From: Phoronis australis
Lineage: Eukaryota > Animalia > Phoronida
Length of the DNA stretch: 64,000 nucleotides
NCBI GenBank assembly: GCA_002633005.1
Contig: NMRA01000127.1
Coordinates: 124,001-188,000 of the forward strand
Direction: 5' to 3'
Part shown: piece by piece, positions 35,501 to 49,064 of the stretch
Layout: each line of letters opens with the position of its first letter
Numbering within the stretch: position 1 is the stretch's first letter
The notes under the pieces: model-generated
The model's input: the letters and a program-made list of their open reading frames with translations, nothing else
Told to the model about the DNA's origin: nothing
The model's database searches: none
Position numbers and translations under genes: made by a program

Positions 35501-37320
35501 CTGCAACACGCAGTTTGCTTTTATAATTCATACATTATGGAAATTATGGAATTGATTAATTCATTATTTTGAATTTGAATTGAACAAACGTAATATTGAC
35601 TTCAACAAGTAAGTTAATATCTTTGATTGATTTACTGTGTGTGTTGGTTTAAACCAAGTGTTATAAACTCAACATTAAAATGACCTTTAATTTTTAAATG
35701 TTTAGTTCACGAAACTACCCATGGCTATTTCGTCGGCGAGTATTCTCAATGCTCTTTTGGGGTCCTTATCCTGGCTTTGTGGTTATGTGAGCATTGTTCC
35801 AGAAAATCAAAAAGAAGCCTTGCAAACTTTTCCTGTTTCGCCACGCGTCTTTTTTTAATCAGAAATTTCATAAACACCCATTCTCTTGTTGCTGAAGTCA
35901 TCTAACACAAGCGCTATCTAAGGATGTGCATTTATTTGCCAAATCAACCCAATCCAATCTGCTCTACAGCAATAGTATTCACATAGAGCCAAGTTGTACA
36001 TACGTTTAAATTCGAATGCACCAATAGGTAGCGCCCGTGTATTAATTGTCAGTCACGGGGTGGGAGCTCGCTGCACTTGGCTTTTCCGGTGGCTATTATG
36101 GAGTAATCTGATTATTGCGCTTTTACATTGGCCGTGTTCTACCGTATTCGTCCCCATCATGGCTTTTAGAGAACGATCTGCATCCCGAGTACGTGTTGTC
36201 AGAGGCAACTGAATTTGATCAGCAAACATAGACGTGTACTTTGAGAAACGTGCACTTCAGATGATTTGCGGAAAAAGCACAATATTTACGTTCATTAAAG
36301 CGGCATTACACCCGTGCTTTCTGTAAAAAACAAGTTTTGACTTAGGTCGTGACCAATCAGCGGCTTGGCATGCTCTGATGAAATACCGAACTCCCATAAA
36401 TAAGTGTTAAAGAGGCCTGGAACGCGATAAACAGACTAAATTGCAATGTTGAAAGTAGTTCTCTGTCACTGAAACAGAATCATCCTGCTCACCAGGAATT
36501 TTTAAGATTTTTTCGTAATTCAGTTCAAAGCACTTTCTTTTGGTTTCAAATTTCAAAACACGATTTGTAAACTGATCGCCACTTCGTCGATTTTTCTCCC
36601 ACAAGGCAAAGACAAAGACGAAACACACTTCCCATACATGGAAAAATTAACTTCAAGCGACTTCAAACAACTGGTTGTGAGCGCATTTATCATAAGTGGG
36701 AGGGACATTAGAAAATCTGTGGTAACCACAGAGTTTTACCTTCACGCGTATTTCAAAAATCGCTAATTTTATTATTTTTTCTGGAAAGTTCCTTATAGGG
36801 AAATGTCAAATACACTGGGCTAGACATGGCGAGGTGGTACTTTCGCCAGGAATTGTTTAAAAGATATTTTTGACGAGCTTTCGCGTTCCATGCCTCCCTA
36901 AACTGATTCAGGAACAAGACACGGGCAATTTTATAACAGTAAGTATCCTCAATCAAAACTTGTTTTTGATAGAAAATACTGGTTTAATGCCTTTCAATAT
37001 ACTGAAGTACGTAAAATAACCGGCGAAAACCTTCTTCACTTTATATTATTACTCCACCATGGTGAAACTTACAGTATGTTTTCCTGTTTAGACGGAACGA
37101 ACAAATCGAAAGATATTCATGTGTAGACAACAGGCGGACTTACAAAAGGACAAAATCAAAGTGCTGATAGAGAGTAACGAAAAGTTGGTCCTCAATATCC
37201 TTCCTCCGCACATCGTCAGATATTTTACCGGAGCCCAAAAACGAGATAACCTAAGTTTCCAGCAGCTCGTATATGCCACCATCCAGTAGGAAACTCTCCA
37301 TGGTAGCAAGTAGCGGCATT

Positions 37321-37646
37321 TGTTGATCAAAACAAAAAGTTAAATAGACATGATATGTTTCGGCGTTTATTAATAATAAACCAAGCATAAACAACAAGGG
37401 AGCTGAACATTCGTGAAGCTCTACCTATCAATTAGTGGAAGCCGAGTCTCAATAGGCACTGGCACACCACAGGTTGTCATTGGTAGTCTAGTCTACTGTT
37501 AAACTCCCTTATAACTGAATGTGTCTGTATATCTTTACATGTTGTTAGGACTAGCTAGTGGACACTGTTTTTGCTTTTGAGGTTGGTGTTTTAATAAACA
37601 CCAAAACATATCAAGCCGATTTAAATCCATCGTTGTTTTATCACCA
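37321..37646. mobile_element. Foldback/MITE-like insertion in the pseudogene intron
   Basis: tgatatgtttcggcgtttattaa and ttaataaacaccaaaacatatca are inverted (2 mismatches) with weaker outward extension; absent from the orthologous intron at 9264-9300. Confidence 0.7.
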
Positions 37647-38321
37647 GTTGGAAATGTTTTAACGTGTCGGTTATGTAAACTGCCTACTCAGATTAACAGT
37701 CGAGAAATCCACTTTCTAAACAATAATTTTTAAGTCTCGCTTATTATAATTTTTAATTATTATGCTCTATGGTATATGTATATAGATTATTACATGGCGA
37801 AATCGTTATTCCCCGTATTCTAGAGCCCGAGTGGATTTTGGAGAATTATCGGCAGGTTGTCACACATCCTTCAAGCTCTAACTTTTCAATATTTTTCATA
37901 TTAAGAATTTTGAGAGTGAAGTATTAGATTCATTTGCATCTACAAGTGAAAAGTTTCCCACATAATGCTATTACATCGTCAAATATAATAGAACAAAAGT
38001 GACGTCGGTATATTAAAATTTAGGTTTTATGGGACTCGTTACCAATCGTTTGTCCGCTTTGTTCTGGGTAAATCAAAAAAGTAAAACCTGGTGACATTTC
38101 ATGCAGCTACATGTACGTCATAGTTAACAGGATCTGTTTTACGAAAACTTAATAAATCCTTAAACATTACACACCATGGATTTTTGCACACTTTAAATTA
38201 CCGGTGGCCACATACTAAATGTATGACGTAAAAATTAGCTAAACCCATGTTTATTTTGTGTAATTAGCTCGAAATTTTGATTTTTCTTTCAATTTTGCCA
38301 ATTTTCACATTTCCCGCCATG

Positions 38322-39000
38322 TGACGTCATGGGTTGAACACAAGAGATCAGTGATTAGCATTGAACAATTTAGGAGAGCAGAGAATTTGACGGCGACGGC
38401 GACTATGAGCAAGAATTGAACGAATATTATGAAAAAACGTACGGGAATGGTGGCCAGGATGAGGAAATGGGGTTGCACGAAAGCGAGAACAAGTTTAATG
38501 TGCTTCCGGCTGCGTACTTTTCTACTTTGAGCCTTACGAACTGGATCCTCCCGCGAGAGAAGCGGCCTCGGGCTCGGCGAGTCAACCCAGTCATCAAACA
38601 GACGATCCTGAATTAAGAGCTGATGTTTCTGAATGATAAATATTGTCCTTTATTGAACCAGGCCTTCATCGTAACGTCTCCTGCGACTGGAGTCGAAACA
38701 CGAGTCCTCAAAGTGGGCAGAACACAGAGTGGCCACGGACCGAATCGCTTGGTCCACGATGACGTCCCACACTCTCGTTCGGCTCACGAAGCGATGCCAC
38801 TTCTGTGCAACTTTGGTGTCCTTCGGAACACCGAGACGTTCTCTGCCCGACTCCTGTTGCTGAAGCCTCCGGAAACACATCTTTTGATCCCTCTACGAAC
38901 CTTCTCGACGCTAAATGTACTTTGCGTTCTCTTCACTCTATACACTTTGTCTCTGATCCGAACAGTATGGCAAACGACTTGGGTTCAACCCATGACGTTG
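38322..39000 (-). mobile_element. THAP-domain DNA transposon remnant (Kolobok/P/Harbinger-type)
   Basis: KRCVSGGFSN, then after a frameshift PKDTKVAQKWHRFV...LCSAHFEDSCF, a THAP zinc finger; bracketed by the inverted pair acgtcatgggttgaac and gttcaacccatgacgt. Confidence 0.7.
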
Positions 39001-40118
39001 TACATAATTATTATTTTTTCAATTTTTGCGTGTTCCTGTATGAGCTGTGCACTAAAGGCACTGAAATCAAGTATGATATAATAATAAAAATTATTTTGAG
39101 GTACTAGAGTCATGTTGTGTACACTTTAAAACATGGCGTTTCCGTACAGTTTTGTTAGTTCTCAATAAGTAGTTAATCGTATTCTAATTGCAATTACAAA
39201 CATTGGCTTAAGTTCTATGGTATGATAATTTGATGTTTGCTTAATAGATCCAATAATGGAATGTTGGTGCAATGGTTGTATGGCTCTATTGGTCAATAGT
39301 CCAAAGACTTATATTAAGGGGAACTTGATCTTGCGTTACCTACTTGTAGTTACAAAGAATAATTCGCAACATTAAACCAACTGTTCATAGCTTGTCCAGG
39401 TTGCTGTTCGTTAACAGGGCTTTACGGAAAATTTGTGACATTCTGTAGATTATGGAATAATTTAGAAAACTATCAAAAACTTTTCTATTCCGACTATTGA
39501 CTCTGCGGACTATCTGATCCTAATTTGTAGTGACAGTTTTGATTTTTTGATAATTTTCAAATGCCAGTCTTGTCAATCCATTCAGTTCAATTAACAATGG
39601 AAAACATAAAGGTACAAGCTGGTGCTTACTTTCTTAGAGAAGGGAAACATGCGACGTCATGAATGAGGTGGGTGTGGGGCTTTCATAAAAATGAAAGTAT
39701 ATAGTGAAATATACACTATTTTAGCAGATTCATCACATTTTCTCAAGAGTTCAATCATTAAATTATATTAAACTCGAATGTGCGAGGTCATAATGATTCA
39801 CGACTGTGATTCAATACTTTCATATGTAACTATAGAGTCATTTTCATTCGTATTCCTTTAGCATCGAACCTGTTTTTTCAATCTTACATTATTTAGCATT
39901 ATAAAGCATTGCCTATTTCGCTATTTGCAATAGTTGGCTTCCCAACACACTTATTGTTATTTAAGTGAACCATTAAATGTAGCTAACAAAATATCTTAAA
40001 ATTTCGAACTCATCACAATGGAAATTTACAAGATGGGTTGCCAAATAAATGCAAATGCAAAGGTGCAGCATAGGTCATACTGCATTTATAATTCGTTTCA
40101 GATGAAGAAATGAAGGGA

Positions 40119-40350
40119 TGCTGTATTTGTGACAAGGTGTTGATTTTTGCTAAAATAATTCAGGATTGTCAGATACGTCGTCTTAAAGGTGCTGAGTATT
40201 GTAGAGTATTTAGTGTTACTGCCGGCAACGGCGCGACATTCGTCTGTCTGTTCATTCCAATACACAGCTCCGGCTATCTATGGTGTTGTTTTTCTCTTGA
40301 TTGACTAAGAATCATCGTCATCAGACCTTAACTTAACATGGTGGAAGCAT
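40119..40350 (+). mobile_element. Probable 5' LTR (TG...CA, 40119-40338) and primer-binding site of a Gypsy element
   Basis: ...ttaaca is followed directly by tggtggaagc, upstream of gag; no second LTR found to confirm it. Confidence 0.55.
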
Positions 40351-40497
40351 GTGAAGCGTTTAGCTAACACTCGTAGTGCCTTTTTGAACCGGTTGCGTCG
40401 GACTTCCTGTTTTACTGGCGATCTTACACGCCACCGACCTGACCTCATTCTCGCCGGACTCTGTCCCTGTCATATCGCTGCGTGCTGACTTTGCAAC

Positions 40498-40815
40498 ATG
40501 CCACCCCAAACCGAAACCTGTGCCAGGAATTCACCTGCTATCTGGCCCAGCCTCTAAGGAAAGCTGGAAGTTGTTTAAGCAAAAGTGGCAGAATTATAGC
40601 GTTATTGCCCAACTGGACGAGCATCCAAGGGATTACCAGGTGGCGTTGCTATTGCACGCCGTAGGGGATGACGGGCTGAAAATTTATAACGGTTTCAAGT
40701 TTGACACAGAGGTTGCAGACCGCACTGTAGCTGACATCTTGGTCAAATTTGACAATTTTGCAGTGGGAGAGGTTCGTGAAACGTATGAACGATTTATTTT
40801 CAACCAGCGTCGGAG
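40498..40815 (+). mobile_element. gag: Ty3/Gypsy (Mag-like) gag N-terminal fragment
   Basis: WKLFKQKWQNY...QVALLLHAVG..GLKIYNGF...ETYERFIFNQR. Confidence 0.85.
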
Positions 40816-41009
40816 GGGAGACTATAGGTGGTGCACAGACAAGTACGACTGGATCGGAGCTGCTGAATTTTTATAATCAGTATAAAGTTTTCAAGAGACT
40901 TATACAGCACATTTGAGACAATACAATATTTCTCACCACTTCAAAAGATATCTCATCTGTTCATATGGATCTCATTTTGATTATTTCTTGCTTGTTAGTC
41001 CAATTTTAG

Positions 41010-43660
41010 TTGCGGTCAACACCCACTCGTTTTTATCCAATATGGCGTCTTCCTGTGCTTGTGGGACCGATTTGTGACTTAATGGCTTCTGAAGATACAG
41101 TGTCTTTTCTTGTATTAGTCGTGACCAGTGGTCTGAAACTGTGCTCGTGGTATGTTAGAATTCTTTATAATAAATTACCGGAAGTTGCTTTTAACATAAA
41201 CAATTGGTCCCTGGATGTTACCCGTCTCCAAGAGACATGGCTATCTTGCGACATTGCAAACGAAGAAATTGCAATCTGTGGTTACAATGTGGAACGCCTA
41301 GACAGACAAAACGGTACTCGTTATGGTGGCGTATGCACGTATGTCAGAAGCAGCCTTGCCTACATTAGAAGACACGATTTGGAACTTCTGTGTGTTCAAC
41401 TGAATTATAAGTATGTCAGTCCTTTAATTGTTCTCAATTTCTACAGACCTCCTGCTCAGACAAATTGGCTTGAAAGCTTCGAGTCTGTGGTTAGCAGGTA
41501 TGGCTATGAGGTGGTTATCGCTGGTGAGCTTAATGTTGATTGGAACGATGAAATTTCAAAACCCCTCGAAGATGTGATTTAAGGTTTGAATCTCCATCAG
41601 GTGGTAACGGAGCCTACACGTGTGTCAGACTCTGCCTCACTGATTAATCATGTTTGTGTTTCTGCTCCGGAGTGAGATCAGTAAAAGTGTTAAAAATGGG
41701 TTAAGTGATCACTACCCTGTATGCATAGTCAGGAAAAGGCATTTTGCCACCAAATTTCATCATGAGTGTGTGAACTATAGATCATTTAAAAACTCTGATG
41801 ACCAGGCCTTCAAATCGGATCTTACTCTTGCTCCCTGGTCAGTCATCGAAGCCTATGATGACATTGATGGTGTTCTTGATGCATGGTACAAGTTATTTAA
41901 CAGTATTTTAGACGAACATGCTCCATGGAAAACTAGACGGGTGAAGAGATTGCGTCAGCTTGAATGGTTCAGTGATGACATTTTTGAAGCTATAAAGCTC
42001 AGGGACAGTTTACGTAAGTGTGGAAATTATGAGGGCTACACATCAGAGCGAAATCGTGTTGTAACAATGATTAAAAAGGCTAAGAGTGACTATTACTCTT
42101 CACTGATCAGTAGTAATTTAAAAAATTCCAAAATGTTATGGAAAGTCATCAGACAAGTTGCTCCTAAGGAAAAATCCTCATCACCTGCCATGTTAAGGAT
42201 TGATGAGAAGTGTGTTCATGATAAATTTCAGATTGCCAATAATTTTTTACTGACATAGCTAGCAAACGTACTCGTGATATTAAAGATACACACGCCACTC
42301 ATAAAGATTTGATTGACTTTGTTAGTATCAGAGTTGAAAGTGATATAGGTTATGATATACCTCTGGTAAATATGGAATTTGTAAATAAGTTCTTAAATTT
42401 TCTTAATCTTAATAAAGCCACTGGAATGGATGATGTCAGCTCCAAAGTTTTGAAACTAGGTCATGAGGAGCTGACACCATTCATCACCTATCTTTTAAAC
42501 CATAGCATTAAAACTTCCAAGTTTCCAAGTTTGTGGAAACTTGCAAAAGTATCCCCTTTACACAAATGCGGTGCTACTGACAATGTAAACAATTACAGAC
42601 CAATTTCAATTTTACCGGTCTTGCCTAAATTGTTGGAAAAGCATGTTCACAATACCTTTTATTCATTTTTGACTGAGCATGATTTAGTAGTTGCATCTCA
42701 GTCCGGTGACTACTCCTGTGAAACTGACTTCATTAATATTGTTCACGGCTGGGCTCAGGGTGTAGATAGTGGTCACAACGTTGGTATAGTATTTTTGGAT
42801 TTCAAAAAAGCTTTTGATCTCGTTGATTACAATATACTTCTAAGCAAATTGGTGGGCAAGGTTTCCCTAGACTGGTTTAAATCATATCTCTCAGAGAGGT
42901 GCCAGGTTGTATCCCTTGGTGGACGTCTGTCTGAGTCCCGAGGTATCACACACGGTGTTCCCCAGGGATCCATCCTGGGACCTCTGCAGTTTTTACTTTT
43001 TATAAATGATCTCTCTTTGGTCTGGGAAAACACGGTTGACATGTATGCAGATGATACTACTTTGTCTGTTGCGGCAAACGTGCTGATCGCTGTAAAGGAC
43101 AGACTCCAGTCTGATGTGGATAAGGTTGCTACCTGGTGTACTGATAATAAAATGGTAATTAATGGTGAAAAAACAAAATGTACGAGTATTGCCTCAGAGC
43201 AACGGCATAGTAGAAGTAATCTTGAGCTTAACCTTGCTATTTCCAATATACGCCTCAAATATGTTGACAGTGAAAAGTTTTGATGTGTTACTGCAGACAA
43301 GACCCTCAGCTGGTCTAGCCATATTAATGGGACTGTGTTCAAAATTAGGCAGCGCCTTGGTCTTCTCCGGCGTATATCACCATTTCTTCCCACAGAAGGG
43401 CGTCTGCAATATTTTAGCGCTTGTGTATTCCCTCTGTTCGTTTATTGTAGTACAGCGTGGTCAGGATGCAATGCAAATTTAGTTTCCTCTTTATTGAAAG
43501 CTCAGAAGCAGGCGGCCAGACTTATTCTAGGTGTGCCTTTTGACACTCCGTCAACTCATACATGTATGTTTAATAGACTGGGGTGGCTCCCTATTGGCAA
43601 ATATTTTATATATAGGCGTCTGTGTATGATGTATAGGTGCTTTCACGGCAATGTACCGAG
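41010..43660 (+). mobile_element. CR1/L2-group LINE ORF2 (APE endonuclease + RT), disrupted and 3'-truncated
   Basis: QETWL, GGVCTYV, YRPP, SDHYPV; NYRPISILP, FLDFKKAFDLVD, GVPQGSILGP, YADDTT; broken by stops and frameshifts. Confidence 0.92.
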
Positions 43661-43892
43661 GAACTATTGTCCGTAGTTTTTGGATTATAACGTTTTGACC
43701 AGTATACTTATGGCACCAAAGTGGTAATGCAGAATGATCATCGGTCCCTTGCAGCAATTTTGAAATGACCGTTGAGCCAGACCCCAAAGCGTCTGCAGAT
43801 TTTTCTAATGAGAGTTCATCGGTGTGAGTTTGATTTTCAGTTCGTGAAAGGAACCGAACTATATATCGCTGACGCGCTGAGTCGTTCACAAT
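43661..43892 (+). mobile_element. pol: Gypsy pol RNase H C-terminal part
   Basis: ELLSVVFGL*RFDQYTYG.KV...NDHRSL...PKRLQ...FVKGTELYIADALSR. Confidence 0.85.
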
Positions 43893-45044
43893 AGCTCACT
43901 TGCGAGTTTCTCGTTAGTCCATGTGACGTCACCGGAAAAGGGGCAAAACCCGCCATATTGCTCTTGTTTTGCCCCGAGTCTTTGCTGCACACGCTAAATC
44001 TTACTAGAGTTCTTATGGTGAATTTTACGCTTAAAACCTTAACACAACTTAGAGATGGTAGATGGATCGTGGAATAAGTGTAAATGGACGGAAAAAATGT
44101 GAACTTCATATGTTGTGCGAAGCTGTGAACGGACTTAAATTGAAACTCAACCCTGTCAAGGCCTGAATGCCACAGGCATACAGGGGCGATAGTGTATCCC
44201 CATAAAAAGTTACTCACTTCAAAATACAGCAAATAAAATGGAATGAAACATACATATATGCACATGGAACTATAATTAACGCATACCCTGACTATGGACA
44301 CAATTTAGTCTGCAGATAACTTGAACATATCCATGAAACTCGGGGTTCGCTCGTGCTTCTCTGACTGGGCTCCATTTTGAGGAAGTTACGCGAAATCACG
44401 CCTGTTGACGAACAAAAAGCCCAAGGGACACAAATCTTACAAATTTCATTTAATATTTGCTCATGCTATTTTGCAAGTGTCACGCGCCAGGTCTCGAGCT
44501 TCGCTCAGTCTCGCGCTAGCCTTTGCCTAACACTCACCTGACTCAGTTGAAATACTTTGTGGTTATCGCGCGCGGTCAAAATTAACAGTAACAACATAGT
44601 GGAATTGGAATTCTTCGCCAAAGTCACCTAAATTCCGGTAGCTATGCTTCATCGAAGATATGTTTGGAAGCAGAAAGGATCACTGAAGAAAGTAAGCGCC
44701 TTTCTAGGTGATAATTTGTAAGTGCAGAATGTATTTTTGACGAGGTGTAAACTTAATCAGTGAGCGGATTTCGCCTACCGCCCGTTTAAAATACACGGGA
44801 CGAAATTAGTACAGAACGCGATATAACGTATTGTAGTGCGAATCTGAATTTCATTTGCCATAACAGCAATGCTTGTTTGGCATTTTTTGAACTAAACGGC
44901 TAAAAACTCGAAGAAAATAACAGAATACATTATGTTACCGTATTGGGCAAATGGCCTAACGACAAGCTTTTGCCCCACTTCCCGTGACGTCACAGTTAAG
45001 TATCACATAATCTCGCGTTATTGTTATAAACTCGCAAAAGGACT
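43893..45044. mobile_element. Non-autonomous TIR DNA transposon with AT target duplication (ISL2EU-like)
   Basis: Termini ag.....ttgcgagttt and aaactcgcaa.....ct, with a subterminal inverted gtgacgtcac...ggggcaaaa motif; removing it plus one AT restores the pol frame ALSRSQLEATD. Confidence 0.85.
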
Positions 45045-46305
45045 ATTGGAAGCGACTGACCGAACCTCTAGCGTAATGAACATTCAGTTCTTCTTGAACA
45101 TTTCCGACACGCGATTACAAGAAATAAGAGAGGCTACCGAAGGCGACAGGGCCATGACAATTTTGAAAACGTTTATTCTCGATGGTTGGCCAGACAAAAA
45201 TCGTGTACCTTGCGAGCTTAAAGCTTATTTCAGCATGCGTGACATACTCTCTTGCGAAGATGGTATACTCTTAAAAGATGAAGCCATACTAGTTCCGACT
45301 AAATTCCGAAAGGACATAACTAAACGACTTCATTCCGCACATATGGGATATAACATCATGATGCTCCGTGCTCGCTCGTTTACTGGCCCAGAATGAACAG
45401 CTTGTTGACTCCTGCGCTCCCTGCCAGGAACGGCGTCACAGAAATCAGAAAGAGACGTTAAAGCCAATGCCTGAAACGCACCGTGGGAGAAAGTATTCAG
45501 CGATATTTTTGAACTAGACGGCCGACAGTTCCTTGCGGTAATTGACCACCACTCCAACTTCATTGAAAATGACCGATTACAAAGCCTTACAAGCTCAAAA
45601 GTCAGAGCTTGTTTAAAAAAGCAATTTGCGCGTTTCGGCATTCCGAAACTGTTTTTGACTGATACTGGTTTGCAATTTACCTCATTCGAGTTCTGTTTGT
45701 TCGCAAAAGAATGGACGAATTGTGCAGTCGTTTTCATCTCCAGGCCATCACAGTACCAATAGAAGGCCGAGGCAGCCGTTAAGGTTGCGAGACGTCTGAT
45801 GATTAAAGCTACAAAAGATGGCACTGATCCTAATCTCACACTTTTGGAACAGCGCAACACTCCGCGCGAGGACACGGGATTGAGCCCAGTTCAAATGATG
45901 TTCGGTAGATTGACGCGCAGCACCATACCTTATTTTGAATTTCAAAAGGACCGCGAGACCCGGCTGCCGCTGAAAGGAGAAATGCGAAAAAGGAGTCCAT
46001 GAAGAAGTATTTTGACAAAAAAGCGAAGGACCTGCCAGAGCTTATGGTTGGCAAAATTGTCTATTTCGAACATAAGGAAGGGCATCGATGGATTCTGGGG
46101 AAAGTTCGAGAGAAATTATCAGACAGGACGTACGTGGTGGAATCTTGCAATGGAGGAGTATATCGGAGAAACCGATTCCAAATACGCCCAACTCGAGGGC
46201 CTTTTCAACCGTTACCAGATGTTGAGCTCCCAGATGTAATGCCAAACGAACCGCAAAATGTTTCCGATATTCTGAGCGATCCGAGTATACCAACTCAAAC
46301 GGACG
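45045..46305 (+). mobile_element. pol: Gypsy pol integrase region, disrupted
   Basis: GWP, LHSAHMG zinc finger, PWEKVFSDIF, FARFGIP...TDTGLQF, AEAAVK, RNTP, SP.QMMFGR and YRRNR motifs. Confidence 0.9.
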
Positions 46306-48669
46306 TTTCGAGTCCAGGCTATCCTTAAAATTCTTCAACTTAATTATGGGAAAGGTATAAATATAGATTCCATAACTAAATATATACCTCACAGGAATGA
46401 CAGGTTTCATAAAGTGTGCATGCATACCAATCAAATGATTCAGATTCTATTCTTAGAAAATTGTAAATAATGTAAAAAAAATCTAGTAACTAGGTAGATA
46501 ACTGATGGGCCCGAGGTTAATAAAATATACAGAAAATACTTGTAAACTCTTAAAAATAAAACTTAGAAACTGTAACAAAAAGTGTGGTATGACAGGTTTC
46601 ATAATTCCTGTATTATTGACAAGAACATTCAGCCAAAACTTCAATTTTTTATCTCATCAAATTATGCTAAAAAATCTCAATCATATTTTCAGGTGATACA
46701 CTGACTGAATGTGAAACTTGTGAAGTCTTGGAAATCCCGAGGATAACACAAACCTATTCTGTGAGCATAGATGAAAGTGATGATGACAATACGAGAGTCT
46801 GCATGGAGTTGGAAAAAGAGTCCTCGGGATCTATTAGTGATGCTCAAAGTGATTATCGCAGGACATTTGCCAAGGGTGCAGCAAAGTCAGCAGGATCTGC
46901 CCTTGATAATGAAATGTATGTAGTGCCACCTTCATTAGGTTTCCTACATTCTTCATTATCACCATCATCACTTCAACCGCAGAACGTCAGAACTTGAGTT
47001 TTGTTAAGTACACAATATTGAGGAATGAAATTGCAGTTTTTGCAGTTTGGACATCTTTGAAACTAAATGATTTTGGTTATTGAGTATGGTAATTACTATG
47101 TATTAGATGTTTTGTGTGAAGAAATCAAACACGATTTAATCTAAATCTTTCATGTTTACTTATTATTTTTGCCGTAATTGTTGTTAACACGGTCGCATTA
47201 TAAAATTGAGGTGACTTGCAGCCTGCTAAGAGCCGTGTGATGCGCAGAATGAAACTGTTTGTATAATTTACATGTATCCTCTATTTTTGATGCCCCACAC
47301 TGCAACGTAACGGCATTCACTCTGCAAATGAACCACTGACGTCGCTGCGTCGTTTCTCACCTTCCTCACAGGTTAACGCGACACCTCTAGACAAGGTAAG
47401 GTCGACCGTATGCGAGGCGATGTGGATATACATGTAGACCGATTAACATGGTAAAAAAGACTAATTAAATCGGGTGTAATTCTCCTTTAATCACTAATTT
47501 CCGTTATAAACGAACACCACGGCGGTATTCAGCGGGAAAAAAACACCCAGTACGGTTTTCGATTTTTAAAAATCGATGAACTAATAATCTAAAAAACTAC
47601 AACCATTGGGTACGATTGAAGATAAACTACCGCGCGTATTCAAATACTCGGTAGATATACAAAAGCTGATCAGAGTTAACAATATCAAATGGATTCATTT
47701 TTTAATATTCTTTCAATCTCTTTTAACCAGATTTTTGACCAGGAAACAGTTTTTGTGCCCGCTCTTCATTTTTTATTACTGACAAAGAGCTAGATAGTTA
47801 TATAGTCAGTGCCACCGAAATTGTCCAGAGATTCCAAATCTTTACCATATTTGCACTTTTGTTTTTATTTTATCTAATAAAGATTAAACTTTAATGGCAC
47901 GTGAAATGTTTAGTGTACTTGTAATGTGGTAAGTTTAGGGATGGAGTCACCATGAACTTAACTAATTAAGTTTAGCTGGCGATCAAAGACTACCACTGTT
48001 TTGGTAATTCAAGTTCAAAACCTAGATAAAAAGCTGTCAACCTATTCCCGGTAATAAAAAAACAAGTGGGTAGAAGCATTAAAAATTAAAGATAGAAAAC
48101 TAATATGAAACTTATCGTTCCTTTGGGAAGTGGCCCATTCAGAAGATAAACACAAGTTAACCTTTTTATTCATTTTGTAATATTTATAATGTACCAAGTT
48201 AAAACTACTCTCCAGAGTAGCAGGCTATAACTCTGCAAATTTCAGAGAAAACCAAAACGGGGTTACTTACAATAACCATAGTTTAAACATTAATGCTAGG
48301 AATTACCTTTCCACTTGATTAGCTCAGATCTACATCAATACAAAGGGCGTGCTGAATAAGCATTGTAAAGTTGTCTGGGGCTTAGGGGATTAGAGCGAGC
48401 ACCAGTGTAAGCGAAGTGTTCTCCACATGTTTAGGATGGTGTCAACGTGTTTGTACAAGTGTATTTTTATATAATTTAAAAATCTGTCGAAGAGGTATCA
48501 TAGAGCCTGATGGAGATATTGTCATCGGCTCCCATTTCAGAATTATGAAAAGATAAAAGTTTCACACATTTTTAAATTTTAAAGTGGTAAAATCTGTTGT
48601 GTACACACACAAGTATCTTTCAGTGGTGTTTGGATGAGAGTATTTTTGGCACACAAAGACATTTACCGA

Positions 48670-49007
48670 ATGTGACATATATATAGTTGTGGGGCGGGAA
48701 TATTGTGTGGAGTGTATGAACAATGCAAAAACCGGGATATGTGTAACATTCTGGAGCATAAAACTTACAGGGGCATATATCAAATGGGACATATATTGCT
48801 GTGTGCTATATAGTGTATATACCTGATGGGACATATATACTTGTATATATTGTACTGGGGCATATACCTAGTGAGGTATATATAGTTGTGAGCTATATAT
48901 CGTACCGGGGTATATACCCAATGGGGCATACATAGTTGCGGAACAAGGTCTCAAAATTTTATCCCACTTCAAGGTTTCAGATAATAACCCCACATCTGCA
49001 TATAAAC

Positions 49008-49060
<53 letters not shown>
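48670..49060. repeat. Degenerate GGG(A/G)CATATAT satellite followed by a (TA)n microsatellite
   Basis: Recurrent gggacatatat/ggggcatatat units, then a TA run at about 49011-49060. Confidence 0.7.

Positions 49061-49064
<4 letters not shown>

Noticed and set aside
42827-43393. 188-aa minus-strand ORF (also 45330-45875)
   Set aside because: Antisense to LINE RT and Gypsy integrase, with no independent motifs.
46310-47000. Gypsy 3' LTR, or a gene at 46728-46997
   Set aside because: No match to 40119-40338. agtccaggcta hints at an Academ-like end, but I found no matching opposite terminus, and the ORF has no recognisable domain.
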